From: Lama glama
Lineage: Eukaryota
Direction of reading: 5' to 3'
NCBI GenBank assembly: GCA_028534125.1
Contig: CM052816.1
Span: forward strand, 63,924,001 to 63,988,000
DNA length: 64,000 bases
This document shows, one piece after another, positions 36,810 through 49,102 of the stretch (positions are counted from its first letter, which is position 1; every line of letters starts with the position of its first letter). The notes below the pieces were generated by a model. It ran no database searches, was not told the origin of the DNA, and saw only the letters and a program-made list of their open reading frames with translations. Made by a program: the position numbers and the translations under genes.

Positions 36810-38392
36810 TGATTTCAGTTCTGGATAAGATGGAGCAAGCACGCTCTACTCTGTCTCTCTCAGATATAAAACGTGGGCAAAATACACTGAGGACTCTGTA
36901 AAGTATATATTAGCAAGCATGTTGGGAAAGAATGCCAGAATTTGAAGCACCATTGTTTCCCCTCCGATACTTCATGAATTTATGCATGTATTATCCAGAA
37001 TCTATATGCTGAAAACTACAGAATTCTGATGCAAGGAAGCAAAGAAACCTAAATACTTAGCAAGACATACTATATTCATGGTTTGGAAAACTCACAAGAG
37101 TGAAGATGTCAGTTCTCCCCAAAAAGATCTACAAATTTTATGCAATTCCAATGAAAATCTCAGCAGGATTTTTGTAGATAAAGACAAGCTAATTCTAAAA
37201 TTTTTATGAAAAGTTAATGGAGCTAGAAAAACCAAAATAATTTTGAAAAAGAAGAATTAAGAGAAGGAAACAATGCCTGATTTTAAAACCTCCTATAAAT
37301 TTACAATAATCAAGGCAGTCTGAAATTCATGAAGGAACAGACACATAAGTCAATGGAACAGAACAGAGAGTCCTGTAGTAAATCCACATAAATATCAAGA
37401 ACGAATTCAAAATGGATCATAGATCTAAATGTAAAATATTTTAAAAATAAAAATTTTAGAAGAAAACATTGTAAGAAATTTACCATGACCTATAGTTAAG
37501 CAAAGTGTTTTTCAACATCTCACCAAAAGCATAATCCATAAAATTACAAATGAATACCTTGGACTTCATCAAAATTGAAAACTTGTGCACTGCAAAAGAT
37601 ACTGTTAAGAAAATGAAAAGACAAACTGCAGACAGAATGAAAATATTTGCAAATTGCATACCTAACACAGAACTTGTATCCAGAATACATAAATAATTTT
37701 CAAAACTTCAGCAATGAGAAAACAAAGAACACAATTAAAAAGTGAGCAAAGACTTGAACAGGCAGTTCACTTTTGAGGGAAATGCAGATTGAAGCCATGA
37801 AATACCATTACATGTCTATGAGAATGGCTAAATAAAAATATGATACCAAATGGTGGTGAGGAAAGAAATAAATGGACCTCTCACATATTCCTGGTAGGAT
37901 CTAAAATGGTGCAGCCACTCTGGGAAACAGTTTGGCAAGCTCTTATAAAACTAAGCATACATTTACCTGAAGGGCCAGCAATCCCATTCCAAATGCACTT
38001 GAACAGTAGAGTGGCCAAACAGGATATACCCTTACAAGGGAATATTACTCAGTAATAAAAAGGAACAAACTTAGATGAACTCAAAGACATGTCAAGTGAG
38101 AAGAGCCAATCGCTAAGGGTTACATATCGTATGATTCCACTTATAAAATGTTCTCAAAAAGACAAAGCTATAGTGATGAAAAAACCATATCCGTGGTTGC
38201 CATCAGTTTGGGTGGGGAAGGGTCACGACTACAAAAAGAAAGCATGGGGAATTTGCTGAGATGGTAGAACTGCTCTGTTATCCTGATTGTTGTTGTGGTG
38301 GTTACATAAATCTATACATGTATTAAAATTCATAGAACTGTACACCAAAAAGAAGATGAATTTATGTTAATTTTTAAAATAATATTTTTAAA
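36810..38392 (+). mobile_element. Old L1 (L1MD-like): ORF2 remnant plus 3'UTR, with a 5'-end-like leader
   Basis: gaagatgtcagttctcccc, aaatggatcatagatctaaatgtaaa, ggtgcagccactctgggaaacagtttggca; ends catagaactgtacaccaaaaag. Confidence 0.9.
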
Positions 38393-38779
38393 GGTGGAAT
38401 GGAAAAAAATTATACCCTCACAATTGTCTATAACAGAAAACTTGAAAAAAAACAGAGTACATAAAGGAAGAGGACAGTTGAGAATTCTACTAGAGAAACA
38501 AATCTTGACTTTGAGCTTTGACATTTCAGAGTGTGACTGTGATGGGGCTCAGCTCCCTGGTCCAGGCAGTTCCCTTTGCTGAGGGCCTCCTCCAGCCATG
38601 AACCACTATGTGCTGACAGAACCGGCTGGAATGAAGGGCATTTGTATGCTGACAGCTTGATGTAGTTAACTATTCCTTGAGGAGGAAGTCAGAGGTATTG
38701 ACTGACCTCCACCTGTGACAACACTGTGCGTCTCAGCCATCACTGGAGAGCCAGGTAACTAACCTCACCTTGCCCTTAT

Positions 38780-38975
38780 TCTTTATACATCTGAAAACAC
38801 TTTCATGAGTGCTACCTCTTTCAAATCTCTGTGAGGAAAGGTGGGCTAGGCATTATTGTCTTTATTTTATGTAGGAAGAAACTGAGACTGAGAGGTGAGG
38901 TGATTTGGCCAAAGCCAGGCAGCAGGGGAAGAGGCCAAAGGCAGAGACCCAGGGCTTCTGGCTTATATTCTTCTT
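38780..38975 (-). mobile_element. MIR SINE
   Basis: gaagaaactgagactgagaggtgaggtgatttggccaaag. Confidence 0.8.
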
Positions 38976-38998
38976 TCTCTCCTTCACTCATCCATTTA

Positions 38999-39212
38999 TT
39001 TTATTTTATTTTATTTTTAAAAAATAAGTATTTGTTAAATGAATGTTCTCATTTTTTTATTGTGGTAGTTGGTTTACAATGTTTTGTTAATTTCTTTTGG
39101 GGGAAGTTAATTAGGCTTTTCTATCTATCTATTTTAGTGGAGGTACTGGGGATTGAACACAGGACCTCACACATGCTAAGCATGTGGTCTACCACTGAGC
39201 TATACCCTCCCC
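38999..39212 (-). mobile_element. Camelid tRNA-Ala-derived SINE (vic-1 type)
   Basis: Minus strand reads GGGGAGGGTATAGCTCAGTGGTAG...GTTCAATCCCCAGTACCTCCA (Pol III A and B boxes) with an A-rich tail; TSD cactcatccattta (38985-38998) / cattcatccattta (39216-39229). Confidence 0.92.
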
Positions 39213-39215
39213 TAC

Positions 39216-39510
39216 CATTCATCCATTTAAATAATATTCACTGAGTGCCTACTATATGACAGGGGGTATGTCCCTGATTGCTTAAATTCCAAGTGAAAGA
39301 AAAGACGTATGTATAGATGTTTAAAACAAGGTACTAAGTGATAAAGGCCATGTGTATAGTAAGAACAATAAGAGTTACAACAGGAGTGCCGGTTGTTGCA
39401 TGATCAGGGCAGACTTTACAGAAAAGATGGGCTTTGATTTGACTGTTAAAAGTAGGAGAGAATTTTGAAAACTTGAGATTGAGGGAGGGACATACTCCAA
39501 ATGCAAGCAG
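39216..39510 (-). mobile_element. L2 LINE 3' region
   Basis: cattcatccatttaaataatattcactgagtgcctactatatg...gatcagggcagacttt. Confidence 0.75.
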
Positions 39511-39511
39511 G

Positions 39512-40050
39512 TGTAGGGGCCAGCCTCCCAAGTAGCCTGCAGTGGTTTTTGCCTCCTGATATCCATGGCCTTGTGTAGTCTCTTCTCGTGTTGAATCACG
39601 GCTGTTGTTGGTGAACAAGAGAGTACAGCAGAGGTAACAGTGTGGGACTTTGGAGATGAGGTCATAAAGGGCATTGTGACTTACACCTTGTCTCCTAAAT
39701 ACTCATTCTGGGAGAAGCCAGCCACCATGTCATAAGGTCATGCAAGCAGTCCTGAGCAGAGGCCCATGTGGGGAGGCATCGAGGCATCTTGCCAATAGCC
39801 AGCACCAACTCACCACCTACGTGAGTGAGCCACCCTAGGAATGGATCCTCAAGCCCTGATAGAGTTCTCAGCTGACTGCAAGGTCCAAAAGATATCTTGG
39901 TACAACCTCATGAGAACCTCAACCCTAAACTACCCAGCTAGCTGCTCCCCAATTTCTGACACACAGAACCATGAGAGGTAATTAATTGTTGCTATTTAAA
40001 ACCACTGAGCTTTAGGGCAATTTTTAATACAGCATTAGGTAACAATAAAA
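39512..40050 (+). mobile_element. MaLR solo LTR (MLT1F-like)
   Basis: gcctcctgatatccatggccttgtgtagtc...gaagccagccaccatgt...gtgagtgagcc...acaacctcatgaga...tttaaaccactgag. Confidence 0.92.
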
Positions 40051-40394
40051 TATATGAGCCAACTTGGAGAAGAAAAAAACCCCAGACAAACCCACAAGAC
40101 CTGCTCAGCAGATACTCTGCTCCAGGGCCCAGGAAGGCAGGGGTTTTAGCAGGCTGAGCATGAGGCAGAAAAGACCTGAACAAAGGCAATGGCAGAAAGA
40201 ACTGAGCAGGAGGGACAGACGGGAGAGGTGCCACAAAGAGAGAATTCCCTGGCCACCCCTGGGTTCTAGGCCTGAACCATTCAGTTACTTCTGCTAATGT
40301 TAACAATTCTGCTAATGCTATTAGCAGAAATGGCTTAGGGAAAACAGAGTGAATTGTTTCCTTCATACCGTGCTTTTCATGTTTTGTGACAAAT

Positions 40395-40760
40395 ATTGGG
40401 CAGTCATTCAGCTCACCCACTCTCCTTTCTTCCCAGACACATTGCTGGGTCACACTCCTCAGCTTCCCTTACTATCTCTCGTGGCTGTGTGATGGCACAT
40501 GGGACATAAACAGCAGTGATGAACAGCACTGCCAGGCCCAGACCCCAAAACCTCCTGCACGACCCTTCCTTCTTTCTCTTACCATGTGCCGCTTCCATGC
40601 AGAGGACGGGAGACCCTAATACAAGAGCAGTAAGGTGAAAGGATCGTGGATCCCCAGGTCACCTCACTGAAGGCCACCTGCCAAATACCTGCATTCAGCA
40701 ATTTTACGTGAGCAAGAAATAAACTTCTCTTGTGTGAAAACATAAGTGAAGTCATCAGGA
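40395..40760 (+). mobile_element. MaLR LTR (MLT1J2-like)
   Basis: cagtgatgaacagcactgccaggcc...aaaacctcc...tacgtgagcaagaaataaacttct. Confidence 0.75.
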
Positions 40761-42858
40761 TAGCATAAAGAGACTGTAGGGGAAAACAGGATGGAGTAAA
40801 GAGTGAGCCCAGTAAACACACACACCACACGCATCTCAAGGTCCAGGGTGAGTGATTATTAGAGATGAGTTACAGCCTTACGATCTGAGCTTTCTAGTAG
40901 CCAAATCAAAAAGAGAAACATGATCAGTGACATGACTCACAGACACCATGAGATTTTTAAAAACAAAGAAAAAAAAATCACTCAGAAGTGTGATTACTTC
41001 CAATAAGGAAATTAAATAGAAGTTTTCCCAGGGCGTCCTCATAAAAAACACACCGCGTGATGTAATAAACAATGTCCTCAATAATATCCTAGCAGCCAGT
41101 GAACCACAGGTTTTATCTCTGTTCCTTATAATGTCCTTCAATGAAGGATACAAGAAGTCATAAAATGCCCTGGTCCATTCCAGCAAAATCCATTCCATGG
41201 CGTTGAGGGGGAAGCACAAACTTTCGTGATGGAGTTAGTTTTCTGCTGGTCTGATTGCACCTACCAGTGGATGTGAGCACGTCTAGAGGGGGTACTAGAA
41301 GTGAGTCTCTCAGATAGCCCCCCTCAGCCAGTTTGGGTATCTGATAAATATGTTTCTATTGACTGATTCTCTGGCAGTTATGTGTATAGTTTTGAGGGTG
41401 GAAAAGGAAAAGTGGGAGAAGGAGGCCCAAATATCCTGATGCTACTGCCCTGTGACCCTGCATTCCCTACCAAGTCTTATCTGGCGGCTCTTGGCGGCCA
41501 GGGCGCTTCACCATCTCATGTGTTTTGCTGAGTTTTCTCCCAGTGTGTTTTTCTGGAGCAGCAGAATTAAGAATACTGACTAGAGGATAAAAAAGGAAGG
41601 ATAATAAAGTATAAAAACAACTGTAAAAAGTCATTATGATATGCTTTCAAAGCCAGTAATTACCACTCTTGCTTAACATGTAAACCACTATTAGCATTCT
41701 GTTTGAACTACAACTGGGTGCTTGTTATTTGACATGGAATGCTTCTGAGAAAGACCTAACATCTGCCCACAACTGGATTCCTTTCCAAGCATTCCTGGGA
41801 GGAGGAGGAAAGGGATGTCAGGAGGGTAATTTAATGCTTATAGTTAAAACCTTGAAAAGGACCCGCTGTAAGGGGAAGCTGAAGGGATGAATCAATAAAC
41901 ATGGAAAATAACTTCTGGTTGGCCCTGTGAAGCAAACCCAGAGAGCTGTCTTTAGAGGGAGATGCATCAAGACTGGCCTTTCGCAAAATACAATGGTTAT
42001 ATACCACGTTGGGAGATCAAGACTCTTTTGTTGAACAGGTATATTTTGAAAGTAGCTGGCTTGAGGAAGTGAGGTGGGACGGAATATGGAAACAGAAGTA
42101 TATGGGCCCAGAGACCTGGGAGCCTAACTTAGTAACTGTGGCCAGCGAATAGTGCCACTCATTTTAGTGAGCATTAAAGGAAACAAGAGGAAAACTGATC
42201 TTTAATGGGTGGTGTTTTCTACAACAGGGGAAAATAGTACAGTGACAGTGGTTCAGTAAATCTCTGAATATGGGTGTGGCAGAGGGAAGATATTTGGAAT
42301 TAAATGCATTTAAAATATGAGTGGCACACCATGTGTAGTGATAGTCATTTAGATTCCCCTAGAGTCGGGCAAACTAGCTGTGAATCTGACAACAAGATGG
42401 ATAAATTATTATCCTGACAACTCAAACTCTGGCAAGAGCTGGAGAACTGTTCTAGCGGTAATGACAGAAACAGGTCAGGCTCGGATTGAGCCAGAGCTAA
42501 GTAACAAATATTCCTAGTATTTTATGCAAAACACTATTCAACCATTCTTCTTTCAGTTCAGTGAAGCTTAGAAACAATACAAACGAGTATTTGTATGACT
42601 TTGGAGGAATTCAGGAAAGCCGTGAAGATGCCTGAAATCTGGAGACTCAATGGGTGAAGATGGATTTATGTTAGTATTATTTAAGTGCTGCTGTAATCTC
42701 AGACCTCAGGTTCTGCCTTCAGAGTGACATAAACCTAATAACCTTTTCCAGCCTTGGAATCATTTCTTCTCCTCCAGTCTCCAGGGTGATTTCTTCTGCT
42801 TCAATCTCCTGAACTACTCTGAACCCCTCCTAAGACAACATCAACACTGCTCTCTGGT

Positions 42859-43438
42859 TACAGCAGACACCCTGGGTTGCCTACTCAACAGTCATTTTAC
42901 CCTTTCTCCTTGTAAACAAAACCTCAAATCATTTTTGTTTATCGAGTCATCCTCTTCTGCCTGACCGTGTGCTCACCGGACAGCTCATGGCACTCCCTTT
43001 CCTCTTGCCAGGCCTTGCTTAGGAATAAACATGTGACCCCATTCTATGCGCTAAGATGTGAGGAGGACTCTCTGGGTGGGGCGAGGGGGCGAGGTGGATT
43101 CTAGGAAAGCTTTCCCAACTTTGATAGAGAGATTCATGGGGGAAAATAGTCATTCTGCTGCTGAACATTGTCGTGGGTGTATGCGCTTGGAACTGGGATA
43201 ACGATCAAGCAAAGATAAAGGGTGCTAGTCAAGAAAAAGTCAACTGAGGAACGAACTGAGTTAATGACAGCAGCGAAGAAAGACGACGAGAACTAACACC
43301 CTTAATGTTATTAGGGCCACTGAAGAAGCCGAGTGAGAGCTCCCCATTTTAGGACTTACAAATTTTCTCACTGTTTAAGCAGTTTTGACTTTAGATGTTT
43401 TCTATGATTTGCAGCTGAAAGTATGATAACTGGTAACA
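42859..43438 (+). mobile_element. MaLR solo LTR (MLT1K-like) inserted in an L2
   Basis: cagcagacacc...catgtgaccccattct...ttctaggaaagctttc...tgtttaagc...tttgcagctgaaag; L2-like 3' end resumes at about 43450-43575. Confidence 0.8.
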
Positions 43439-43619
43439 TAAATACGTGTGTATTTATCTCCTTATTAGATTCCATAGTAAACATTTTTGTTATTATGACC
43501 CACAATGCTTGCTGTATACCAGGTGTCAATGAGTCTTAGTTTCCTACAGAGGTAAATGCATGGGTGGATAGATAGATACGCCACATCTTAATAATACCAG
43601 CAGCATTCCCCAGCTCATT

Positions 43620-44500
43620 GAATTGCATAACTATCCATCCAGGTGCATAAGCCAGAAACCTATTCTGGAGACTTCCCTACTCCCCTCTCTCTATAGCAGC
43701 CAACCTATTTCCCAGGTCTGTTTGTTTTGCTGTCTAGCTTCACCTCGAGTTGCTGTTTCAAACTACTATCATGTCTCAACCGGTCTAGTGCAGTAGACTC
43801 CTGAAAACTAGCTTCCTGAAATTTCTCGTATCTGTTCTCTACACTGCAGCTAAAAAAGAGTATTTTCAAAATGCTAAATCATCCATCCCTCCCACCTTCA
43901 CCCTTAATTAAAGGATAAAGAATAAATTTCTAAAATTCTTAAGATGTGCACAAGGACACACAGGCCATCTACTCTTTTAGGCTACCTCTTGCCCTTGGCC
44001 TTCTGTCGATCCTGTGGTGTGCCTTGCTTTGCACATCCTGTTCCATCCGCCTGGCAGGCTCTCCCCACTGGCATCCCTAACAATCACATGCCCTGTGTGT
44101 TCCATCCACCATCTTCAGGGCAGTCTTGTTTTCCCAGGGAAGCCTATCCTCTAGTCCTTGAATAGGTGGTCCCCACTGTTGTACACTTGGCTAACACCAT
44201 ATATCTTGCAGTCACAGCCAGGGTGTCCATCCAAGCTGGGACACTTTTGAGAGTGAATGGGGGAACTATTAATAATTATACTGGGGCAATAAGTAGGAAT
44301 AGAGATCTTTCTGGGTTAACAGAACATCGGGTCACTCCGTTCTTTATACTTACTTTTTCCTTATTAGTGTTTTCATTGAAAGTGTGCCTCCCCCAGATCT
44401 CTACAGGGGAAAGGACCACATCCTTCTTTTTTTGCTCATTATCACATTCTCTATGCCTAACACAGTGCTAGGTTTAATAATATACGTTGGAAAGAATGAC
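43620..44500 (+). mobile_element. L2 LINE 3' region (interrupted by MER94)
   Basis: aagccagaaacct...ctctacactgcagc...ctttgcacatcctgttcc...cagggaagcct...gcctaacacagtgct. Confidence 0.8.
44219..44340 (+). mobile_element. MER94 (hAT-Blackjack) MITE
   Basis: agggtgtcca...gggacacttttgagagtgaatgggggaactattaataatta...ggtcactc. Confidence 0.85.
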
Positions 44501-44641
44501 TATGATAACTCAGTTTGCATTATCCTTTTCTATTATTTTTTATTATTCTCCTTAGACTGGTGTTGATATAATGTTATGCTATATTCTTTCTTCTTATTTT
44601 TAAATATCTAATCATTCTGCACAGCACTGCTTTACTGCTGG

Positions 44642-44760
44642 CTCATTCAGTCAACAAGTATCTACTGAACATCCAATATGTGCTGAGCATGAACTAGACA
44701 CCAGGGAAACAGCAGCAAACAAGTCACAGTTCCTGCCCTCAAGGACTTCATAGCCCCACA
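44642..44760 (-). mobile_element. L2 LINE 3' end
   Basis: cattcagtcaacaagtatctactgaacatccaatatgtgc...cctgccctcaagga. Confidence 0.85.
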
Positions 44761-45319
44761 AGGGTGACACTTGGAGCCCATCAGGACTCTAGGTCACTTT
44801 TTACCACGTAAATACCTAGCCAGTCTGGGCCTGGATGTGAAAGAGATGGTTTGAACTTTTTCATTTCCTTATCAGTTATATCATTTCCTTCACTTTAGTT
44901 CCAAGGCCAGTGCCCTCATGATTTCCATTTCTTACTAAAACCTAGCTCCAGGACACATTCAACCACTTTGGGATAATTTCAGATTCTGGCAATATGTTAA
45001 CAATCATATTCATACATATCAACTGAGAAGAAATAAATGGAAATCTCTAGGTGCCTGAAATTAGGAGTTATAAGCTTATGATCTAATCCTCAAGTTTCCC
45101 CATGGGTGCTTATCGAATTTAGTAATAGTTAGAAGTTTGAGTTTTAACACACAATCAGGCCAGGATATGAGGCTGTGGGTCCTATGAGACACTGAATGGG
45201 AACTAATACTGTTCATGAAGCTGGGATGCTCAAAGAGATGGAGTCTCAGTAATGAGGGGCCTAGGAAAAAAGACCCACTCACCTTGACATAAAGATGATG
45301 AAGTTTGCTATTCTGGGCT

Positions 45320-45650
45320 ATGGAAAACGAAAAGAATTATTCCCAGAAAAATAAAAATCCCAGGCCTCTACCTTATGATGTATTGAGGTTAGAAGGTACA
45401 CTTCTGTCATGATTTGGAAACTGTCAGGATTAGAAATTTACATAAAAATTAGTCCTGGGACAGTGATATCCCTGGAGTGCTTGGCAGAAGTGAACAGAAA
45501 ATCTCTACGGGTGACACTTCCGCAGCCTGGGCCACATAGGGTTTCATAGGAAGGTTTCATTGAAGATGAGTTTATAATTTAAGATGTAGGTACAAAGAAC
45601 AGAAGAATAGGTACCCAGGAACCTACGATAATACAAGTATTATGTGAAAA
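45320..45650 (+). mobile_element. HAL1 fragment
   Basis: aaatttacataaaaattagtcc...gtgatatccctggagtgcttggcagaag...ggccacatagg...tgaagatgag. Confidence 0.65.
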
Positions 45651-45656
45651 AGATAA

Positions 45657-46100
45657 TGTCTTGAGTAGAATCTTCTGGAAACAGATTCTGATGTGGAAAT
45701 TTGCCTGCGAGAGGTTTTTTGGAGAACACACGAAGGGAAACCTTGGAGACAGTGAAGGAAGGATTAGGCAGAAGGAGACACAGTGATGTAATTGCAACAG
45801 AAGCCTCAGCTATCCCACAGGATCTCAGGAGTCGGGATGACCCTTAATATTCCAAACTGAGACAGTAAGACTGGCCCTTTACGTCCCAACAGCAACCAAT
45901 CACCGGATGCAAGTTTCCCCTAAAAGAGGTTATAAACTTGGGAAAAATAGCTCCCTTTGGCCAAAGGCAAATCCCAGAGAGACCCAGTAGGGAGCCAACA
46001 GCAGCCAATGTACCCAGCAACAAAGAAATGAATGTCTCGGTCTGGAAGTCAGAGGACAAGAGGTGGGGAGTCTGAGCAGCACCAGTCAGCATCCACTACA
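45657..46100 (-). mobile_element. ERVL LTR (LTR16A-like), 3' LTR of a truncated provirus
   Basis: aaacagattctgatgtggaaatttgcctgc...gcctcagctatcccacagg...cagcatccactaca, followed by reversed PPT gtccagccttggg. Confidence 0.85.
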
Positions 46101-46770
46101 GTCCAGCCTTGGGCTGTTCAGATCCACTCACATTTTGTGTTAAGTCTGTCCTGTCTTGGGACAGCATCTTCAGGTTTCTGATTGGTCCTCCTCAGATTCC
46201 TGAGGAATCTCAGACAGGGAACGTTAGTTGAGAAAGTTAGCAATCCCTGTTGCAGCAACTAGTTTTAAGAGCACAATCAGTTTTCATAATCTCCTTTATT
46301 AACTACCCTCTCCATATTCTCCTCACCCTTGGCTAGGATCTCTCATGATCTCAGTGATTTAACCGGTAGCTCTAAGGGTCTAGGCTTTTGATTACCATGC
46401 CCTTCTGAGGTCATGTCTGTCTGTTGTGTATTTATCCATTAACCATCCAAACTGGGCAGCAGAACATCAAGAGATGCCCCAACTGAGTGTGAAACATAGT
46501 CTTCCCTTTCTTCTTATGTAACAGCAGTTGCATTGCCCCCTGATGACCAGTGTAAATTCAACTTGCAAGGAGAGTGCCATCCTTCCCTTGCCCAGTGTCC
46601 TCTTGACATGAGGACCTAGTGACGGCCAGAGTATAAGGTGAAACAGGACTCTTACTGTAGCCCCTGGTGGGAGCAGTCATCCTCTAAGAATCAGGCCTTC
46701 TACCACAGAGCCTAAAGCTTCAAAGACAGGAAAAACAAATCCAAAAGTGGTGACTGTGAATGACAGTAAC
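46101..46770 (-). mobile_element. ERVL internal 3' region with dUTPase remnant
   Basis: Minus-strand translation FVFPVFEALGSVVEGLILRG*LLPPGATVRV and LGHLLMFCCPVWMVNG. Confidence 0.8.
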
Positions 46771-46831
46771 ATAAAGAGAGAGAAAATAGGAAAGAGTAGT
46801 TAAGAAATTTGATAGGTAGAATGTGAATGCA

Positions 46832-46905
46832 CTCTATTTTTAGTTTTTTTAAGGAACCACTGTATTTTTTCCATAGTGGCTGCACCAAATTACATTCCCA
46901 CCAAT
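46832..46905 (-). mobile_element. Short L1 ORF2 fragment
   Basis: ctctatttttagtttttttaaggaac...ccatagtggctgcaccaaattacattcccaccaa. Confidence 0.8.
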
Positions 46906-48940
46906 GGTTCTGAATCTATATGCACTTAACAGCATAGATTCAGAATACACACACAAAAAAATTCAAGGATTCGTGGCAGCCTACCTAAAACACTACATCT
47001 CCTGGGAATTTTGCATTTTCACAAGGCTTAATACCGCAAGAAAAAAAGATTAAATTTAAGAGAGAGGTTATTGGATCAATTTTAACTATTAAGAAGCAAG
47101 GTTAACTTATAAATACACCCTGGAAAGTTTTAAATCGATTTTTTTTTATCTTGTTAACTTTATTTGCCAAGTACAACTGTGTTTATGAAGTTGAATTCTT
47201 GCTTACAGATTCTAGGAAGTAAATTCAGTAAATGAATTGTGAAATTGAGCTGAATTTTCACAAAGAAATCTAAAACTTGAGCCAATTGTCAAAGATTCAT
47301 GCATCAAGGTAGACTTTCCAGGTGAGTTTCTCATGAAACTGAAATAATTTTTGAGAAGTCTGGACTGGCTGATGGTGCAGTAACAGCCAAATTCTGAAAA
47401 CAGACAGGAATATTTTGTATTAGTTGTTCTATTTTTTTTTGTTTTGTTTGGCAAGGAATTTTTATTTTCTTTAATTAAAATAAATTATCAGTACCACGGC
47501 TTATACAATCATAGGCTCAAAAAAAAAAAAAACAAACCCTCTCCATGGACTAAAATTCCAAGAGAACCGTGTACCTCTAGTTTTCAACATCTATTTACAA
47601 AGTGAGACAATCTCTTCTCTCTTATGTGCAGATTCTTCCTCTCCTTTATGTCTCCGTGATTTCCTCACTCAATCTTGTCCTTTCTCAGATGAAAGGGAAA
47701 AGGAATAAATTAATCAGGGCTTAAATCAGATAGGATTTTGTAACTAGTAATACTGTGACAGGATGAGGAGGTGGAGAGGGAGAGCAAGGAGGGAAGAAGG
47801 AGGGGAGAGAGAGAACATGAGCATGAAGGCTTTTGCGGGGGCAGTAGGTCTCAGCAAGGGGGGTGATACCCGTGATGGCCTCACCAAAGGGGAGATTTGG
47901 CTGCTAGATTTGACCTTGCTCCCAAGTAATTGATGAACTGTAACATTATCATCAAAATAATGGTAATGAGCTATAGATGCAGACTCTCTGCCCATGGAGA
48001 TTGTAGACAAAATAGGCGTTAAGGCAAAAAGCATTATTCAGGCTAAAAAGACTCATTACATAACTCCCTGTTAGGAAAGTTGTGGTAGGGTTATTTGACT
48101 GCGGTGAGCTCAGCTCTTCCACATCTGAAGAGAAGAAGAATTCAATGGGGAAAAAAAGTGTCCACAGCTAAATTTGGTGGTGATGTCTGAGCCTCAAGTC
48201 TCCTTGCTCCCGTCATCCTAAAGAGCCAAATCTCACTAGTTCCGCAAAATCAGGTTCAACGTCAAGTTCTTTATTAGGCTCTTGTCTTAGTTATATTTTT
48301 GGTGCTCTTTCTCTGACACTTGAAAATGCCAAATATTGTCCTAGTTGTGGTGTTAGAATAAATTAACTTCTTCATTTCTGCTTTCTCTGTATTCTTTCTT
48401 GAGAATTTTCCTGTGAAGAAATTGGGTTTTTATCTGCAGTGATCTGACTAGACATTTTACAGTTAAGGCATCTCATTTCTGACCTATAGATTGTTTTGTT
48501 CAATGGGATGTCAGTCATGCATCTTTGAATCTCTGGAATTTTGGTTTACCCTTGAGAATGTTCTGACTTTGGAAGCAATTCCTCGTTGTTGGTTTTTGTT
48601 TTGTTTTGTTTTGTTTTCCCTGTTTGGCAGCAGCCTTTCTACTGGTGTTTACTTTTTATTGATTTATGGTAATAGATGACCAGCCCCTTCCTTTCTGTCA
48701 CTTACAGGTTGACCTCCTTAGCTGAGGTTTTTCTAAAACCGGCACACAAGGTATAAACACAAGATAACCTTGTAAATTCAAAGGCTGCTTCCATTGAGTT
48801 AAAAATCTACACCTTCAGGGTGCAGAACTTGACACTAACAAAAATTTAAGCTAACAGCTTAGTGCTTCATGCCTCACACTGAGTGGCTGCTACACATCTA
48901 GGTTTGTGAACCTGGATTTCTGACGTCTTTCTTTTTAGAC

Positions 48941-49098
48941 CAGTGGCCTTCAAATTCTGGTGTGCATCAGAATGATGCAGCCTGCTGCTAAGAAGTATAG
49001 ACTTCCAGGCATTGATTCAGTAGATCTGGGGGCAGGGCCCGGGGATCTCCATTTTAATAAGCCCTGTAGGTGATTCTGTTGCCAATCATACTTTAACC
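48941..49098. mobile_element. MER5A1-like hAT MITE
   Basis: cagtggccttcaaa...gtgcatcagaat...tgattcagtagatctgggg...cattttaataagc...aggtgattctg. Confidence 0.8.
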
Positions 49099-49102
49099 TC
49101 CT

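Noticed and set aside
39140..39212. tRNA-Ala-like sequence
   Set aside because: It is the head of a SINE with tail and TSD, not a tRNA gene.
40289..40318. 11-bp direct repeat ttctgctaatg
   Set aside because: Only two short copies; an ordinary micro-duplication.
46908..46945. 12-bp inverted repeat resembling a small hairpin RNA
   Set aside because: Too short for a pre-miRNA and sits in sequence resembling a decayed L1 endonuclease region (NLYALN, similar to NIYAPN).
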